From positions 102 through 64,101 of the forward strand of contig DYTH01000001.1 of NCBI GenBank assembly GCA_020726025.1: a stretch of DNA of 64,000 nucleotides, written 5' to 3'. A model generated the notes under the pieces. The model saw only the letters and a list, made by a program, of their open reading frames with translations, did no database searches and was not told the DNA's origin. Of this stretch, positions 18,442 through 28,076 are shown piece by piece. A program made the position numbers and the translations under genes. Position 1 is the first letter of the stretch, and the number at the start of each line of letters is the position of its first letter. The DNA comes from Syntrophus aciditrophicus. GTDB taxonomy: Bacteria; Desulfobacterota; Syntrophia; Syntrophales; UBA5619.

Positions 18442-18644
18442 TGAAAAATTGCTAACGAATAAGGATAGATCGGCTTCCGGGAAAAAAGGTGAAGGACTTG
18501 TCCGCTTCCACCCCCTCTCGAAAAGAGGAGTGACGCGCGGCGTCGCTCAGCAAACTCATGTTTTAATTCTGGAATAAACGATCCAAAAAAAGTTTTGGTC
18601 TTTGCTGGAATGTCAACATTGGTCGATGATTGTATATTTTGCCG

Positions 18645-19172
18645 TTACTCTATCCGTTCCATCCCCTCGTCCAGGTATTTTTTGGCAAGATCGATGTAGA
18701 GCTGCTTGCCTGCGTCCCAGAAATCCCTGTCTTTGGGGCTTATTTCCCGCACGACGTGTGCCGGATTTCCGGCAGCCACGACGTTTGAAGGGATCGCCTG
18801 GTTCCACTTGACCACGGCCCCTTCCGCCACGATGGAGCGCTCCCCGATTTCCGACAGGATGCTGAGAATGGAACCCATTCCGACAACCGCCCCGTCGCCT
18901 ATTTTTTTCCCATGCACGACAGCCCCATGACCGATGGTTACCCTTGCCCCTATCCGGCACACATCGCCGGGCGGGGCATGAACGATCGCCCCTTCTTCGA
19001 TGGCCGTCCCGTCGCCGATTTCAATTCTTCCGTAGTCGCCCCGCAAAATCGCGCCATGGCCGATATAACAGTTGTTTCCAATCACGACATCTCCGATAAT
19101 GTTTGCAAGTTCGCTTATGTAGGAATCTTTCCCTGCCACAGGCCGCTTGCCGTCAAATTTGTACAGCATCAT
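18645..19172 (-). CDS. Hexapeptide-repeat protein, gamma-carbonic-anhydrase/PaaY-like family
   Basis: Left-handed beta-helix repeats (IGHGAILRGD, IGDGTAIEEG, IGHGAVVHG). The start is trimmed to MMLYKFDGKRP, which has an upstream GAGAAAGGGG SD. The ORF-track N-terminal 39 aa look spurious. Confidence 0.7.
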   Translation of the reverse strand: MMLYKFDGKRPVAGKDSYISELANIIGDVVIGNNCYIGHGAILRGDYGRIEIGDGTAIEEGAIVHAPPGDVCRIGARVTIGHGAVVHGKKIGDGAVVGMGSILSILSEIGERSIVAEGAVVKWNQAIPSNVVAAGNPAHVVREISPKDRDFWDAGKQLYIDLAKKYLDEGMERIE

Positions 19173-19370
19173 GACCCCTTTCTCATTCCTGTTTTCACCA
19201 TCCAGAACATGGGCGTGCATGTAGCACACTTTTCCGTCAGAAACAAAAAACCACCGCCATGAATCTTCCCTTTTGCGGATATTTATCATTGACCACCCCG
19301 GTCATTTAACTTATAAGCCGTTGCCGACAAAGGCGCATGCATTATTTTTTTATGAAAAGGTTGATTGACA

Positions 19371-21329
19371 ATGATTGATTACAAAAAGGCCCTGAATGCC
19401 GAACAGCTTCAGGTAGTTGAAGAACCGGGCGGGCCGATGCTGGTCATCGCCGGGGCGGGAAGCGGGAAGACCCGGACGCTTACCTGCCGCGTTGCCCACC
19501 TCGTGGAAGAGGGCATCCATCCCGAGGGGATACTTCTTGCCACATTCACCAACAAGGCCGCCCGCTCCATGCTCTCTCAGGTCGAGTCTCTGATCGGCCG
19601 GGACATCAACGGCATCTGGGGTGGAACGTTTCATCATCTGGCCCATCGCACCCTCCGTGTCCATGCGAGCCGACTGGGCTTTGCCTCCGGTTTTTCCATC
19701 CTCGATGGCGAGGACGCGCGGCAACTGATCAATGCCTGCATCAAAGAACTTGGAATTGATGGGAAAAAAGGTAAATTCCCGAAGGGTGATGTTGTGGGCG
19801 GCATGATAAGCCTTGGAATTAATACAGGGATATCGCTTCAGGAGAATATCCGCGACCGTTACCCCTTCTTTGAAAACCTCACGGACGACATTGTTGCCAC
19901 AGCCGCGCGGTACAAAACGCGAAAGCGGGCGTTGAACGTAATGGACTTCGACGATCTGCTTTTTTTCTGGCGCGAACTCCTTCTCAATTTTTCGGAAGTG
20001 AGGGATTACTACGCAGAACGTTTTCTTCATGTCCTGGTTGACGAGTATCAGGACACCAACCACCTCCAGGCACAAATCGTCAATCTGCTCGCGTCGTGCC
20101 ACCGCAATCTGATGGTGGTGGGCGACGATTCGCAGAGCATCTACTCATTTCGGGGTGCAAATTATGAAAATATCATGAAATTCCCCGAGTTGTACCCGGA
20201 TTGCCGCATCTTCAAACTGGAAACCAATTACCGCAGCACCCCCGAAATATTGAATCTTGCCAATTTGAGCATCGACAACAACGAAAACCAGTACCGGAAA
20301 ACCCTGCGGGCGGTCCGGGGAAATGGGGCCCGCCCCATCCTTGTTCCCACCCGAAACGTGCTTCAGCAGGCCGATTTTGTTTCGCAGCGGATTCTTGAAA
20401 TAAACCGGGCCGGTGTGCCTCTTGGAGAGATCGCGGTTCTGTATCGGGCGCATTTTCATTCCATGGAAGTGCAGATGGAGCTCACGAGGAGGGGAATTCC
20501 CTTTGAAATACGTTCCGGCATCCGGTTTTTTGAGCAGGCGCACATAAAGGATGTAACCGCGTATTTGCGGGTTATCGTAAATCCTAAAGATGAAATGGCC
20601 TGGAAAAGAGCTCTGGGGCTCTACGAAAAAATTGGCCCCGTGACCGCGGACAAGCTCTGGCGTTTCATAGACTCAAAACAGGATCCGCTTGATGCCGTGC
20701 TGACGGAGGACTTTAAAAAGGCGGCGCCCCGTTCCTCCCTTTCCGGGCTCGGCCGTTTTCTGGAAACCTTCCGTGCCGTTTACGACGCAAAAGAGGCCTC
20801 GCCGCCCCGTGTGGTAGAGGCAGTGATAAAAAACGGGTACTTTGACCTTCTCAGGGAAACCCGTACCGATGCGTCGTCGCGTGAGGACGATCTGCTCCAG
20901 TTCATGAATTTTGCCTCGCGTTTTTCTTCCCTTGACGGTTTCTTGAGTGAACTTGCGCTTTTGACCAGCGTCAACGACGACGAGAAGGAGCAGGAAGCTA
21001 TGGCGCAAGACAAGGTAGCGCTCTCTTCCATCCACCAGGCCAAGGGGCTCGAATGGAAGGCGGTTTTGATGATCTGGTGCAGCGAGGGGATGATGCCGCT
21101 GGCGCGCGCGTTGAACGATCCGGGCGGCGAAGAGGAGGAGCGGCGACTTTTTTATGTCGCCGCGACCCGCGCGAAGGATCAGTTGTACCTCTGCTATCCG
21201 CTTATGGACTACGCGCGGGGGATGGGAAACACCATCGTCCGGCCATCGCGCTTTATCCTGGAGCTTAAGTCAGGTTCACGCGGCGCCGGGGATATGCCCT
21301 ACGAACGATGGCAGGTGGACGACTATTAA
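19371..21329 (+). CDS. UvrD/PcrA/Rep-family ATP-dependent DNA helicase
   Basis: Walker A AGAGSGKT, DExx box VDEYQDTN, and TNYRS, IHQAKGLEW and YVAATRAK motifs. Start taken at ATG 19371 (the ORF-track TTG is at 19365). Confidence 0.85.
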   Translation: MIDYKKALNAEQLQVVEEPGGPMLVIAGAGSGKTRTLTCRVAHLVEEGIHPEGILLATFTNKAARSMLSQVESLIGRDINGIWGGTFHHLAHRTLRVHASRLGFASGFSILDGEDARQLINACIKELGIDGKKGKFPKGDVVGGMISLGINTGISLQENIRDRYPFFENLTDDIVATAARYKTRKRALNVMDFDDLLFFWRELLLNFSEVRDYYAERFLHVLVDEYQDTNHLQAQIVNLLASCHRNLMVVGDDSQSIYSFRGANYENIMKFPELYPDCRIFKLETNYRSTPEILNLANLSIDNNENQYRKTLRAVRGNGARPILVPTRNVLQQADFVSQRILEINRAGVPLGEIAVLYRAHFHSMEVQMELTRRGIPFEIRSGIRFFEQAHIKDVTAYLRVIVNPKDEMAWKRALGLYEKIGPVTADKLWRFIDSKQDPLDAVLTEDFKKAAPRSSLSGLGRFLETFRAVYDAKEASPPRVVEAVIKNGYFDLLRETRTDASSREDDLLQFMNFASRFSSLDGFLSELALLTSVNDDEKEQEAMAQDKVALSSIHQAKGLEWKAVLMIWCSEGMMPLARALNDPGGEEEERRLFYVAATRAKDQLYLCYPLMDYARGMGNTIVRPSRFILELKSGSRGAGDMPYERWQVDDY

Positions 21330-23215
21330 ACCCAACGGTCTGACTTTGTTTTTGCTTCGTACTCCTCGCGCAGGGCGATCTGCGTCGCCTCGGCGATGTC
21401 CTCGACCCTCTTGACCCAGTCTTCGAACTTGATATCAACGCCGAATACGCCCACGATCTCGTCATTCGTATCGACAATCGGGGAGGAGGCGGTGATGCAG
21501 AGCGCCCCCGTCATCTTGGAAATGTAGAAATTGGTCACGTGGATCTTGCCGGTTTGCAGCGGCTTGATAAACCACTCCCGATCGGACTGGTCGGTGCCCA
21601 CACCGTAATTCTCGTATTTGGTGCGATCGGCGATGTTTGTGATATTTCTCGTTGTTTTACGACCGCTCGTATCGACCACATAGGCAAACTGGATCGACGG
21701 GTTTTCCTCGATGAATTGCATCATGACCGCTTCCTGAAGCTCCGGATTCATGGTCTTCATGTCGGCATGTTCAATGACCTGATTGACCACGGCAACGGCG
21801 GCCTGGGATGCGTCAAATTTAATTTTGTCCAGTTCAGACATGAAGAGTTCCGGAATGTATTTCTGAACCCGTTTGACAAGCTCTTCGTTGGAGATGCTCG
21901 TAACCCGACCGGAGGCGTATTCTTCCGCCACCCATTTATGGATGCGCGAAACGCCCGGGTGGCGTTTGTCCACGGCGCTGTCCCCCTTCAGGCCGAAATG
22001 GGAGTTGATCCAGAACGCGATCCCGGCCTTGCCGGAAACATCGGTCACCATCGGCATGATCGGCCTCTTCAGCAACGTGGCCGTATCGAAGATGTTGTAG
22101 ATCTCTTCGTTTTTGATCAGGCCGTCGATGTGGATGCCCGCCCTGGTCACGTTGAAATCGGCGCCGACAAAGGGATAATTGGGCGGTATCCGGACGCCGA
22201 TTTCCTTTTCGAAATAATTGGCGATGTCGGTGATGACGGTCGTATCAATCCCGTTAGTTTCGCCTTTCAGGGAGATGTACTCGATGATCAGCCCTTCGAG
22301 AGGCGAATTTCCGGTCCGCTCGCCCATCCCGAGGAGCGTCGCATTGGCGGCGGCGCAGCCGTAGAGCCAGGCGTGGGAGGCGTTGACCATTCCCTTGTGA
22401 AAATCGTTGTGGCCGTGCCATTCGAGAAGCTGACCGGGAACCCCGGCGTCATCGATAAAGGCGCGCACCAGCTTGTCCACGCTGCGCGGAAGCGACGCGC
22501 CGGGATAGGTGACGCCGTAACCGAGCGTGTCGCTCAGCCGGATCTTGACGTCAATGCCGCTTTCCTCCCGCAGTTTCATCAGTTCGATGGCAAAGGGAAT
22601 GCAGAAGCCGTAAATGTCGGCACGTGTCAAGTCTTCGAAATGACAGCGTGGTTTTATCCCGGCTTCAAGAATGGAGCGGACAACATCGAGATAGCCCTCC
22701 ATCACCTGGCGGCGGGTTTTATTCAACTTAAGAAAGATATGGTAGTCGGAGACGGAGGTGAGAATGCCCGTTTCGGTGATCCCCGCCTCTTTGACTAAGG
22801 GGACATCGTCAGCCGACGCCCTGATCCAACTGGTGATCTCCGGAAAACGGAAGCCGAGCTCCCGGCATTTCTCCATGGATTCCCTGTCTTTGGCGCTGTA
22901 GAGAAAAAACTCCGTCTGGCGGATCACACCGTTGGGGCCGCCCAGTTTGCTCATCAGAGTAAAGAGATCGACGATCTGCTTCACCGTGTAGGGCGGACGC
23001 GCCTGCTGGCCGTCGCGGAACGTCGTGTCCGTGATGAACATCTCCTCGGCGGGGCTTATCGGAAGGAGCTTGTGGTCGAAATCGATCCGGCTTACCTCGC
23101 TGTAGGGAAAGACATCCTTCTGAAGATTCGGTTCGTCAACATCCTTCAGGTCGAACTTCCAGAAGTTTGTGTGCTGGTGATCGAGAACCCTTCTTTCCTT
23201 ATTCCATCTGGCCAT
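21326..23215 (-). CDS. Homocitrate/2-isopropylmalate synthase-family (DRE-TIM) enzyme, Re-citrate-synthase-like, with C-terminal Cache-like domain
   Basis: ITDTTFRDGQQ and EWHGHNDFH metal/substrate motifs of the HMGL-like fold (aa ~55-360). The segment at aa ~465-600, ...DREWFIKPLQTGKIHVTNFYISKMTGALCITASSPIVDTNDEIVGVFGVDIKFEDW, matches the Cache consensus (R-x-W[YF]...Y.d..tg...it...P[iv].d....GV.g.Di). Confidence 0.7.
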   Translation of the reverse strand: MARWNKERRVLDHQHTNFWKFDLKDVDEPNLQKDVFPYSEVSRIDFDHKLLPISPAEEMFITDTTFRDGQQARPPYTVKQIVDLFTLMSKLGGPNGVIRQTEFFLYSAKDRESMEKCRELGFRFPEITSWIRASADDVPLVKEAGITETGILTSVSDYHIFLKLNKTRRQVMEGYLDVVRSILEAGIKPRCHFEDLTRADIYGFCIPFAIELMKLREESGIDVKIRLSDTLGYGVTYPGASLPRSVDKLVRAFIDDAGVPGQLLEWHGHNDFHKGMVNASHAWLYGCAAANATLLGMGERTGNSPLEGLIIEYISLKGETNGIDTTVITDIANYFEKEIGVRIPPNYPFVGADFNVTRAGIHIDGLIKNEEIYNIFDTATLLKRPIMPMVTDVSGKAGIAFWINSHFGLKGDSAVDKRHPGVSRIHKWVAEEYASGRVTSISNEELVKRVQKYIPELFMSELDKIKFDASQAAVAVVNQVIEHADMKTMNPELQEAVMMQFIEENPSIQFAYVVDTSGRKTTRNITNIADRTKYENYGVGTDQSDREWFIKPLQTGKIHVTNFYISKMTGALCITASSPIVDTNDEIVGVFGVDIKFEDWVKRVEDIAEATQIALREEYEAKTKSDRWV

Positions 23216-23288
23216 TTTTCAATCCTTTCGTCTGAAAATGCATGCAAATATTCTCGATACGGCGCTCTTTTTACTCCCTCTTTGGCAA

Positions 23289-25055
23289 CTATACGACAAC
23301 CTTCAGGGAAAGTTCCATCAGTTGCTGCATACTGACATCGGACGGCGCATCCGTCAGAAGGCAGGTTGCCTTCTGGGTTTTCGGGAAGGCGATCACATCG
23401 CGGATCGATTCCGCGCCTGTCATCAGCATCACCAGACGGTCGAGGCCGAAGGCGATTCCACCGTGTGGGGGGGTTCCGTATTCGAGTGCGTCCAAAAGAA
23501 AGCCGAACTTGAGGCGGGCGTTTTCCTCGTCAATCCCCAGCGCCTTGAAGATGGCGGACTGCACGTCCTTCTGGTGAATCCGGATGCTGCCGCCGCCAAT
23601 CTCGGAGCCGTTCAGCACCAGATCGTAGGCGCGTGCGTGTATTTTGCCCGGGTCGGTCTCGATAAACTGCATGTCATCCATGACCGGCGCGGTAAAGGGG
23701 TGGTGCGTCGCCATGTAGCGTTTTTCGGTGTCGCTGTACTCGAAAAGCGGGAAGTTTGTAACCCATGTGAAGGCAAGCGCAGCCGGGTCGATCAGTCCGA
23801 GCTTCTTGGCCAGATGGACCCGCAGGTTTCCGAGCGCGTCGCGGACAACGCCCGGCGTGTCTGCGACAAACAGGATGACCGCCCCTTCTTTGGCCTCCAT
23901 CCGTTCGTTGATGGCGGAGACCTCCTCCGGCGTCAGGAATTTGAAAATCGGGGAGGTCCACCCCTCCGGCGTCACCCTGGCCCAGGCCAGCCCGCCGGCC
24001 CCGTACTTGCCGACGAAATCCTTCAACTCATCGAGGTCTTTTCGGGACAACCCTTTTGCGTCGTCCACCTTGATCGCCTTGATCACCCCGCCGGAGGCGG
24101 CGATGTCGGCAAAAAGCTTGAGCCCGGAATTCTTCAGGATGTCGGTCAGTTCCCTCATCTCCATGCCGAAGCGCAGATCGGGGTTGTCCTTTCCAAAGCG
24201 GCTCATCGCCTCCTGGTAGGTAATGCGGGGGAAGGGGAGGGGGAGCTTTTTTTCGAGACACGCATCGAAGAGGTGCGTGATCAGTCCTTCGATCAGCGTG
24301 ATGATCTGCTCCTCGGTGATGAAGGACATCTCGACGTCGATCTGGGTGAATTCCGGCTGACGGTCGGCCCGGAGGTCTTCATCTCTGAAGCATTTAACAA
24401 TCTGAAAATACTTGTCAAATCCGGATACCATCAACAACTGCTTGAAGAGTTGCGGCGACTGGGGGAGGGCGTAAAACATCCCCTGGTTGACCCGGCTCGG
24501 GACAAGATAGTCGCGCGCGCCTTCCGGCGTGCTCTTCGTCAAAAACGGGGTTTCGATCTCGATGAATCCCTCGCGGTTGAAATAATCCCGGGTGGCCATC
24601 GCGACCTTGCTCCGCAGAATCAGGTTTTTCTGCATCTCCGGTCGGCGCAGGTCAATATAACGGTACTTGAGACGAACGCTCTCCGATATCTCCGTTGTCT
24701 GGTCGAGCATGAAGGGGGGCGTCTTTGATTCGTTGAGGATTTCCAGCTCGTCGGCCACAACCTCGATCTTTCCCGTTTTCAGATCGGGATTTTCCATCCC
24801 CTCCGGGCGGCGGCGCACCCGACCGTGAATTGCGAGCACGAATTCACCGCGAATCCGCCCTGCCTCCGCGTGGCAGGCCTCGCTGGTTTCAGGGTTGAAA
24901 ACCACCTGGGTTATCCCCTCGCGGTCCCGGAGGTCAACAAAAATGACGCCGCCGTGGTCCCGTCGGCGGTGAGCCCATCCCATCAGGACAACATCCTGGC
25001 CGTCGTTGTTCTCGTTTAGATCTCCGCAGTAATGCGACCTTTTGTATCGCGTCAT
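23289..25055 (-). CDS. aspS: Aspartyl-tRNA synthetase (bacterial type)
   Basis: Class II motifs [26 protein letters not shown] and GLDRLVM. Start trimmed to [13 protein letters not shown] (ATG at 25055), 17 nt after the hisS stop. Confidence 0.9.
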   Translation of the reverse strand: MTRYKRSHYCGDLNENNDGQDVVLMGWAHRRRDHGGVIFVDLRDREGITQVVFNPETSEACHAEAGRIRGEFVLAIHGRVRRRPEGMENPDLKTGKIEVVADELEILNESKTPPFMLDQTTEISESVRLKYRYIDLRRPEMQKNLILRSKVAMATRDYFNREGFIEIETPFLTKSTPEGARDYLVPSRVNQGMFYALPQSPQLFKQLLMVSGFDKYFQIVKCFRDEDLRADRQPEFTQIDVEMSFITEEQIITLIEGLITHLFDACLEKKLPLPFPRITYQEAMSRFGKDNPDLRFGMEMRELTDILKNSGLKLFADIAASGGVIKAIKVDDAKGLSRKDLDELKDFVGKYGAGGLAWARVTPEGWTSPIFKFLTPEEVSAINERMEAKEGAVILFVADTPGVVRDALGNLRVHLAKKLGLIDPAALAFTWVTNFPLFEYSDTEKRYMATHHPFTAPVMDDMQFIETDPGKIHARAYDLVLNGSEIGGGSIRIHQKDVQSAIFKALGIDEENARLKFGFLLDALEYGTPPHGGIAFGLDRLVMLMTGAESIRDVIAFPKTQKATCLLTDAPSDVSMQQLMELSLKVVV

Positions 25056-25072
25056 GAAATCCGACAAAGCAT

Positions 25073-26326
25073 CTACCTCTCTAATTGAATGATTGTTTCT
25101 TCCAGCATATCCAGGCGCGCTTCCTGTTGTTCTCCTGTGCGCATATTGCGCAGTGAGGCGCGGTTTTCTTCGATTTCCCGGTCGCCGACAATGAGCGCGT
25201 ACCTGCATCGGAGCTTGTCGGCCCGCTTCATCTGGCTCTTCAGGCTGCGGCCGGCGTAGTCCATTTCGACGGCGAGCCCCTTCATCCTAAGGCTGTTGCA
25301 GATATGAAACGCCTTTTTCAGCGCCGCCTCACCCATCGCCGCGATGAAAAGAAGCGGGGGGAGGGCGTCGTCCGCCTCCGGCATCATCGCGATGAGCCGT
25401 TCGAAACCGATTGCAAATCCGATTCCGGGGATATCCGGTCCGCCGAGGTCGCGCACGAGGTGATCGTAGCGGCCGCCTCCGACCACGGCGTTCTGGGCGC
25501 CGAGAAATTCCGTCGTAATTTCAAATGTGGTGCGTGTGTAGTAATCCAGACCGCGCACCATTTTCGGATTCAGCGTAAACGGCAGGCTGAACAGGCCGAG
25601 AGATTCCTGAAGGGTTTCAAAGTGTTTCCGGCAATCGCCGCAGAGATATTCCGGCAGTCGGGGGGCATCGGCGATCACCGTCTGGCAGCTCTCCACCTTG
25701 CAGTCAAAAATCCGAAGCGGGTTGGTGTTCAGACGACGCTGGCAGTCCGGGCAAAGTTCCTTCTCGCGGCCGCGCAGAAATGAGACAATGGCCTTCTGAA
25801 AGGCGGGACGGCAGTTCGGGCAGCCGAGCGAGTTGATCTCGAGGGCAAGGTTCTCAAGCCCCAGCTTCCGGAGAAAATGGGTCAGCATCAGGATGAGTTC
25901 CGCATCGGTGCGCGGGTCGTCCGGGCCGAGAATCTCCGTATCGATCTGGTGGAACTGGCGGTAGCGACCCTTCTGCGGCCTCTCGCGGCGGAACATGGGG
26001 CCGATCGTGTAGAGTTTTGTCACCGTCTCCGACGCATGGAGGGAGTGTTCGATGTAGGCGCGAATGACGGAGGCGGTCGCCTCGGGGCGCAGCGTAAGCG
26101 ATTCCTCGCCCCGGTCGGTAAAGGTGTACATCTCCTTTTCGACGATGTCGGTTGACTCGCCTATGCCGCGCCGGAAGAGTTCCGTTTTTTCCAGCACGGG
26201 GATCCGTATCTCACGGAAGCCGAACGAGCGGAAAACCTCGTGCGCCGTCTTCTCGACCCTCTGCCATTTATCCGTTTCCGGGGGAAGAATGTCCCTGAAC
26301 CCCCTGACGGAGTTGATTGTTTCCAT
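25073..26326 (-). CDS. hisS: Histidyl-tRNA synthetase
   Basis: [33 protein letters not shown] and GGGRYD motifs. Confidence 0.9.
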   Translation of the reverse strand: METINSVRGFRDILPPETDKWQRVEKTAHEVFRSFGFREIRIPVLEKTELFRRGIGESTDIVEKEMYTFTDRGEESLTLRPEATASVIRAYIEHSLHASETVTKLYTIGPMFRRERPQKGRYRQFHQIDTEILGPDDPRTDAELILMLTHFLRKLGLENLALEINSLGCPNCRPAFQKAIVSFLRGREKELCPDCQRRLNTNPLRIFDCKVESCQTVIADAPRLPEYLCGDCRKHFETLQESLGLFSLPFTLNPKMVRGLDYYTRTTFEITTEFLGAQNAVVGGGRYDHLVRDLGGPDIPGIGFAIGFERLIAMMPEADDALPPLLFIAAMGEAALKKAFHICNSLRMKGLAVEMDYAGRSLKSQMKRADKLRCRYALIVGDREIEENRASLRNMRTGEQQEARLDMLEETIIQLER

Positions 26327-26457
26327 AAAGCAAAACCACCCGTACCCGTAAATTTAAGAGTAGGGCTGATACCATAACAGCTTCTCAAACGCAACAGAAA
26401 TGAAGCCGGAGGGGTTGCCTCTTATGTCGTATGCCCGTTTCGACGAATCGGTTGGAT

Positions 26458-27792
26458 TCATTCATGCGGCATCGACAGGCTTGCGCCGATTTTGCGGGCA
26501 ATCCGGCGAACCTGTTCCATGACTTCATTTTCGTCGATTGTTGTAAGGCGTCGATTCTTCATGACAACCTTTCCATTGATGAGGACTGTCTCCACGTCGG
26601 CGCCGCTTACGGCGTAGGCAAGGTGGGAATATTCGTCGTACATCGGCGTGAGGTGCGGTTTGTTCATGTCGAGGATAGAGATGTCAGCCTTTTTGCCGAC
26701 CTCGATGGTTCCGACGAGATCGCCCATCCCGAAAACCTTCGCGCCGTTTGCGGTTGCCATCCGGATGACTGTCTCCGCGGACATGACCCTCGGGTCGAGA
26801 CGTGCCGATTTTTCCAGTTTTGCCGCCGTATCCATCTCCTGAAACATATCGAGGTTGTTGTTGCTGGCGCATCCGTCCGTTCCAAGCCCGACGGTTATCC
26901 CCTTTTTGAGCATCGCGGAAATGGGGGCCACGCCGGAGGCAAGTTTCATGTTGCTTTCGGGGTTATGCACCACCTTGCAGCCGTAATCGGCAAAGATGGC
27001 AATGTCTTCGTCATCCATGACGACGCCGTGAAACGCGATAAAACGCTCATCGAGAATACCGGCCTGTTCAAGAAATTTTGTCGCGCGCATGCCGAACTTC
27101 TTTTCCAGTTGAACGGCTTCATTCATGTTTTCGAGAAGATGGGTGGCAAAGGGGACGCGATAACGATCGGCCAGCTCCCTGGCCGATTGAAGCAGGGCGG
27201 GCGAACAACTGTAGAGGGAATGGGGTTCCACCATCGTTCTGATAAGCGGGTCGTCGGCCCATGTCCTGATGAGATTCTCCGCACGAATCAGACACTCGGC
27301 AGGCGTTTTGCAGGCCGGCGATGGGAAATCGAAAAGGCCTTCCCCGATGATGCAGCGCATACCGGCCTGTTTGGCGGCGCGGGCCGTTTCTTCCTCGAAG
27401 AGGTACATGTCGGAAAAGGTCGTCGTTCCCGATTTGATCATTTCCGCGCAGGCAAGCAGGCTGCCCCAGTAGGCCAGCTCCGGATTTACATTACGGGATT
27501 CGGCCGGGAAGATATACCGGGTGAGCCAGTCCATAAGCTCCATGTCGTCGGCAATTCCCCGGAAGCAGGTCATCGCGGCATGGGTGTGGCCGTTGATGAG
27601 CCCCGGCATGATGATGCTGTGGGGATTGTCTATTGTCTCTTTTGCGGTGTACATACCCAGCAGCTCTTTTTTGTCTCCCACGGCGACAATTGTATCTCCC
27701 GTGACGGCGACAGCCCCTTCATGCAGTTTTACATTGTCCCGATTCAGCGTCAGGACCGTTCCCCCCGTAATCAAAATGTCCGCGGATTTCAT
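26458..27792 (-). CDS. mtaD: 5-methylthioadenosine/S-adenosylhomocysteine deaminase (amidohydrolase)
   Basis: DILITGGTVLT N-terminus, metal-binding LINGHTHAAM, and HLLE, HGV and GTDG motifs of the MtaD/ATZ-TRZ amidohydrolase group. Confidence 0.8.
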   Translation of the reverse strand: MKSADILITGGTVLTLNRDNVKLHEGAVAVTGDTIVAVGDKKELLGMYTAKETIDNPHSIIMPGLINGHTHAAMTCFRGIADDMELMDWLTRYIFPAESRNVNPELAYWGSLLACAEMIKSGTTTFSDMYLFEEETARAAKQAGMRCIIGEGLFDFPSPACKTPAECLIRAENLIRTWADDPLIRTMVEPHSLYSCSPALLQSARELADRYRVPFATHLLENMNEAVQLEKKFGMRATKFLEQAGILDERFIAFHGVVMDDEDIAIFADYGCKVVHNPESNMKLASGVAPISAMLKKGITVGLGTDGCASNNNLDMFQEMDTAAKLEKSARLDPRVMSAETVIRMATANGAKVFGMGDLVGTIEVGKKADISILDMNKPHLTPMYDEYSHLAYAVSGADVETVLINGKVVMKNRRLTTIDENEVMEQVRRIARKIGASLSMPHE

Positions 27793-27806
27793 TCAGATAG
27801 CTCCCT

Positions 27807-27827
27807 ATTGTGAACATGAAACTTCGT
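27807..27827 (-). repeat. Copy of the 21-nt dispersed unit on the minus strand (ACGAAGTTTCATGTTCACAAT), 15 nt upstream of the mtaD ATG
   Basis: Reverse complement read directly. It is preceded by ATGAAA and followed by AGGGAG, the mtaD SD. Confidence 0.85.
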
Positions 27828-27977
27828 TTTCATCAGTGCCGGGGCGTATAGCAAAAAAATGAATGGGCCTCAATCAATTAATTTATTCATGCACGATGTG
27901 AAGCGATGAGCCCTGTGCGATCTCATCAGGTCATGATCACTCTGCCATGGGACGCGGCAATCTTCTCTTCAGAGAAA

Positions 27978-28019
27978 GCGAAGCTTCATGTTCACAAAAC
28001 GAAGCTTCATGTTCACAAA
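27978..28019 (+). repeat. Two tandem 21-nt units (GCGAAGCTTCATGTTCACAAA, ACGAAGCTTCATGTTCACAAA) upstream of dtd
   Basis: Read directly. Exact 21-nt phase, ending 58 nt before the dtd ATG. Confidence 0.95.
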
Positions 28020-28076
28020 CAGCTTGATGAATGAACCGATTATTGATATCAGACTCGCGGATGAAGGACGAATGTC

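Noticed and set aside
14620-18644. Hypothesis that tRNA-Leu marks an integrated genomic island (MFS, DUF362, IS remnant, TA).
   Set aside because: There is no integrase, and I could find no direct repeat of the tRNA 3' end downstream. The MFS and DUF362 genes have host-like composition. Only the 17296-18644 part looks foreign.
21326-21329. Convergent genes sharing overlapping stop codons: the UvrD-like helicase gene and the citrate-synthase-like gene at TTAA, and also recJ and the LivF-like gene at 48892-48895.
   Set aside because: This is real in the sequence, but it is a common consequence of genome compaction. Nothing suggests a specific regulatory function beyond possible transcriptional interference.
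23238-24728. 496-aa plus-strand ORF antisense to aspS. Similar cases are 21539-22798 opposite the citrate-synthase-like gene and 29971-31308 opposite dnaE.
   Set aside because: Each is fully contained within a strongly supported gene on the other strand. Their composition (Arg/Gly/Asp/Val-rich, no motifs) is what antisense translation of codon-biased genes produces. There is no independent start-site evidence.
25056-25208. N-terminal extensions given by the ORF track: aspS +51 aa, dnaE +17 aa, the UPF0280 gene +16 aa, the LivF-like gene +28 aa, the oxidoreductase +25 aa, purM +29 aa, the binding protein +12 aa, and the hexapeptide protein +39 aa.
   Set aside because: In each case an internal Met with a good SD coincides with the conserved family N-terminus. 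The extension overlaps the upstream gene or has junk composition.
26431-27813. 460-aa ORF on the plus strand spanning the whole mtaD locus.
   Set aside because: It is exactly antisense to a well-supported amidohydrolase gene. Its sequence is low-complexity and rich in Arg/Gly/His, with no recognisable motif and no SD. This is a typical shadow ORF of a GC-biased coding region.
27789-27833. Idea that the His-containing uORF (MKTKFHVHNRELSE) is a histidine-sensing attenuation leader for the mtaD-hisS-aspS operon.
   Set aside because: It has only two non-adjacent His codons, and there is no terminator/antiterminator pair between the uORF and mtaD because they overlap. The same peptide-coding unit also occurs before unrelated genes (rimI, dtd, the MFS gene).
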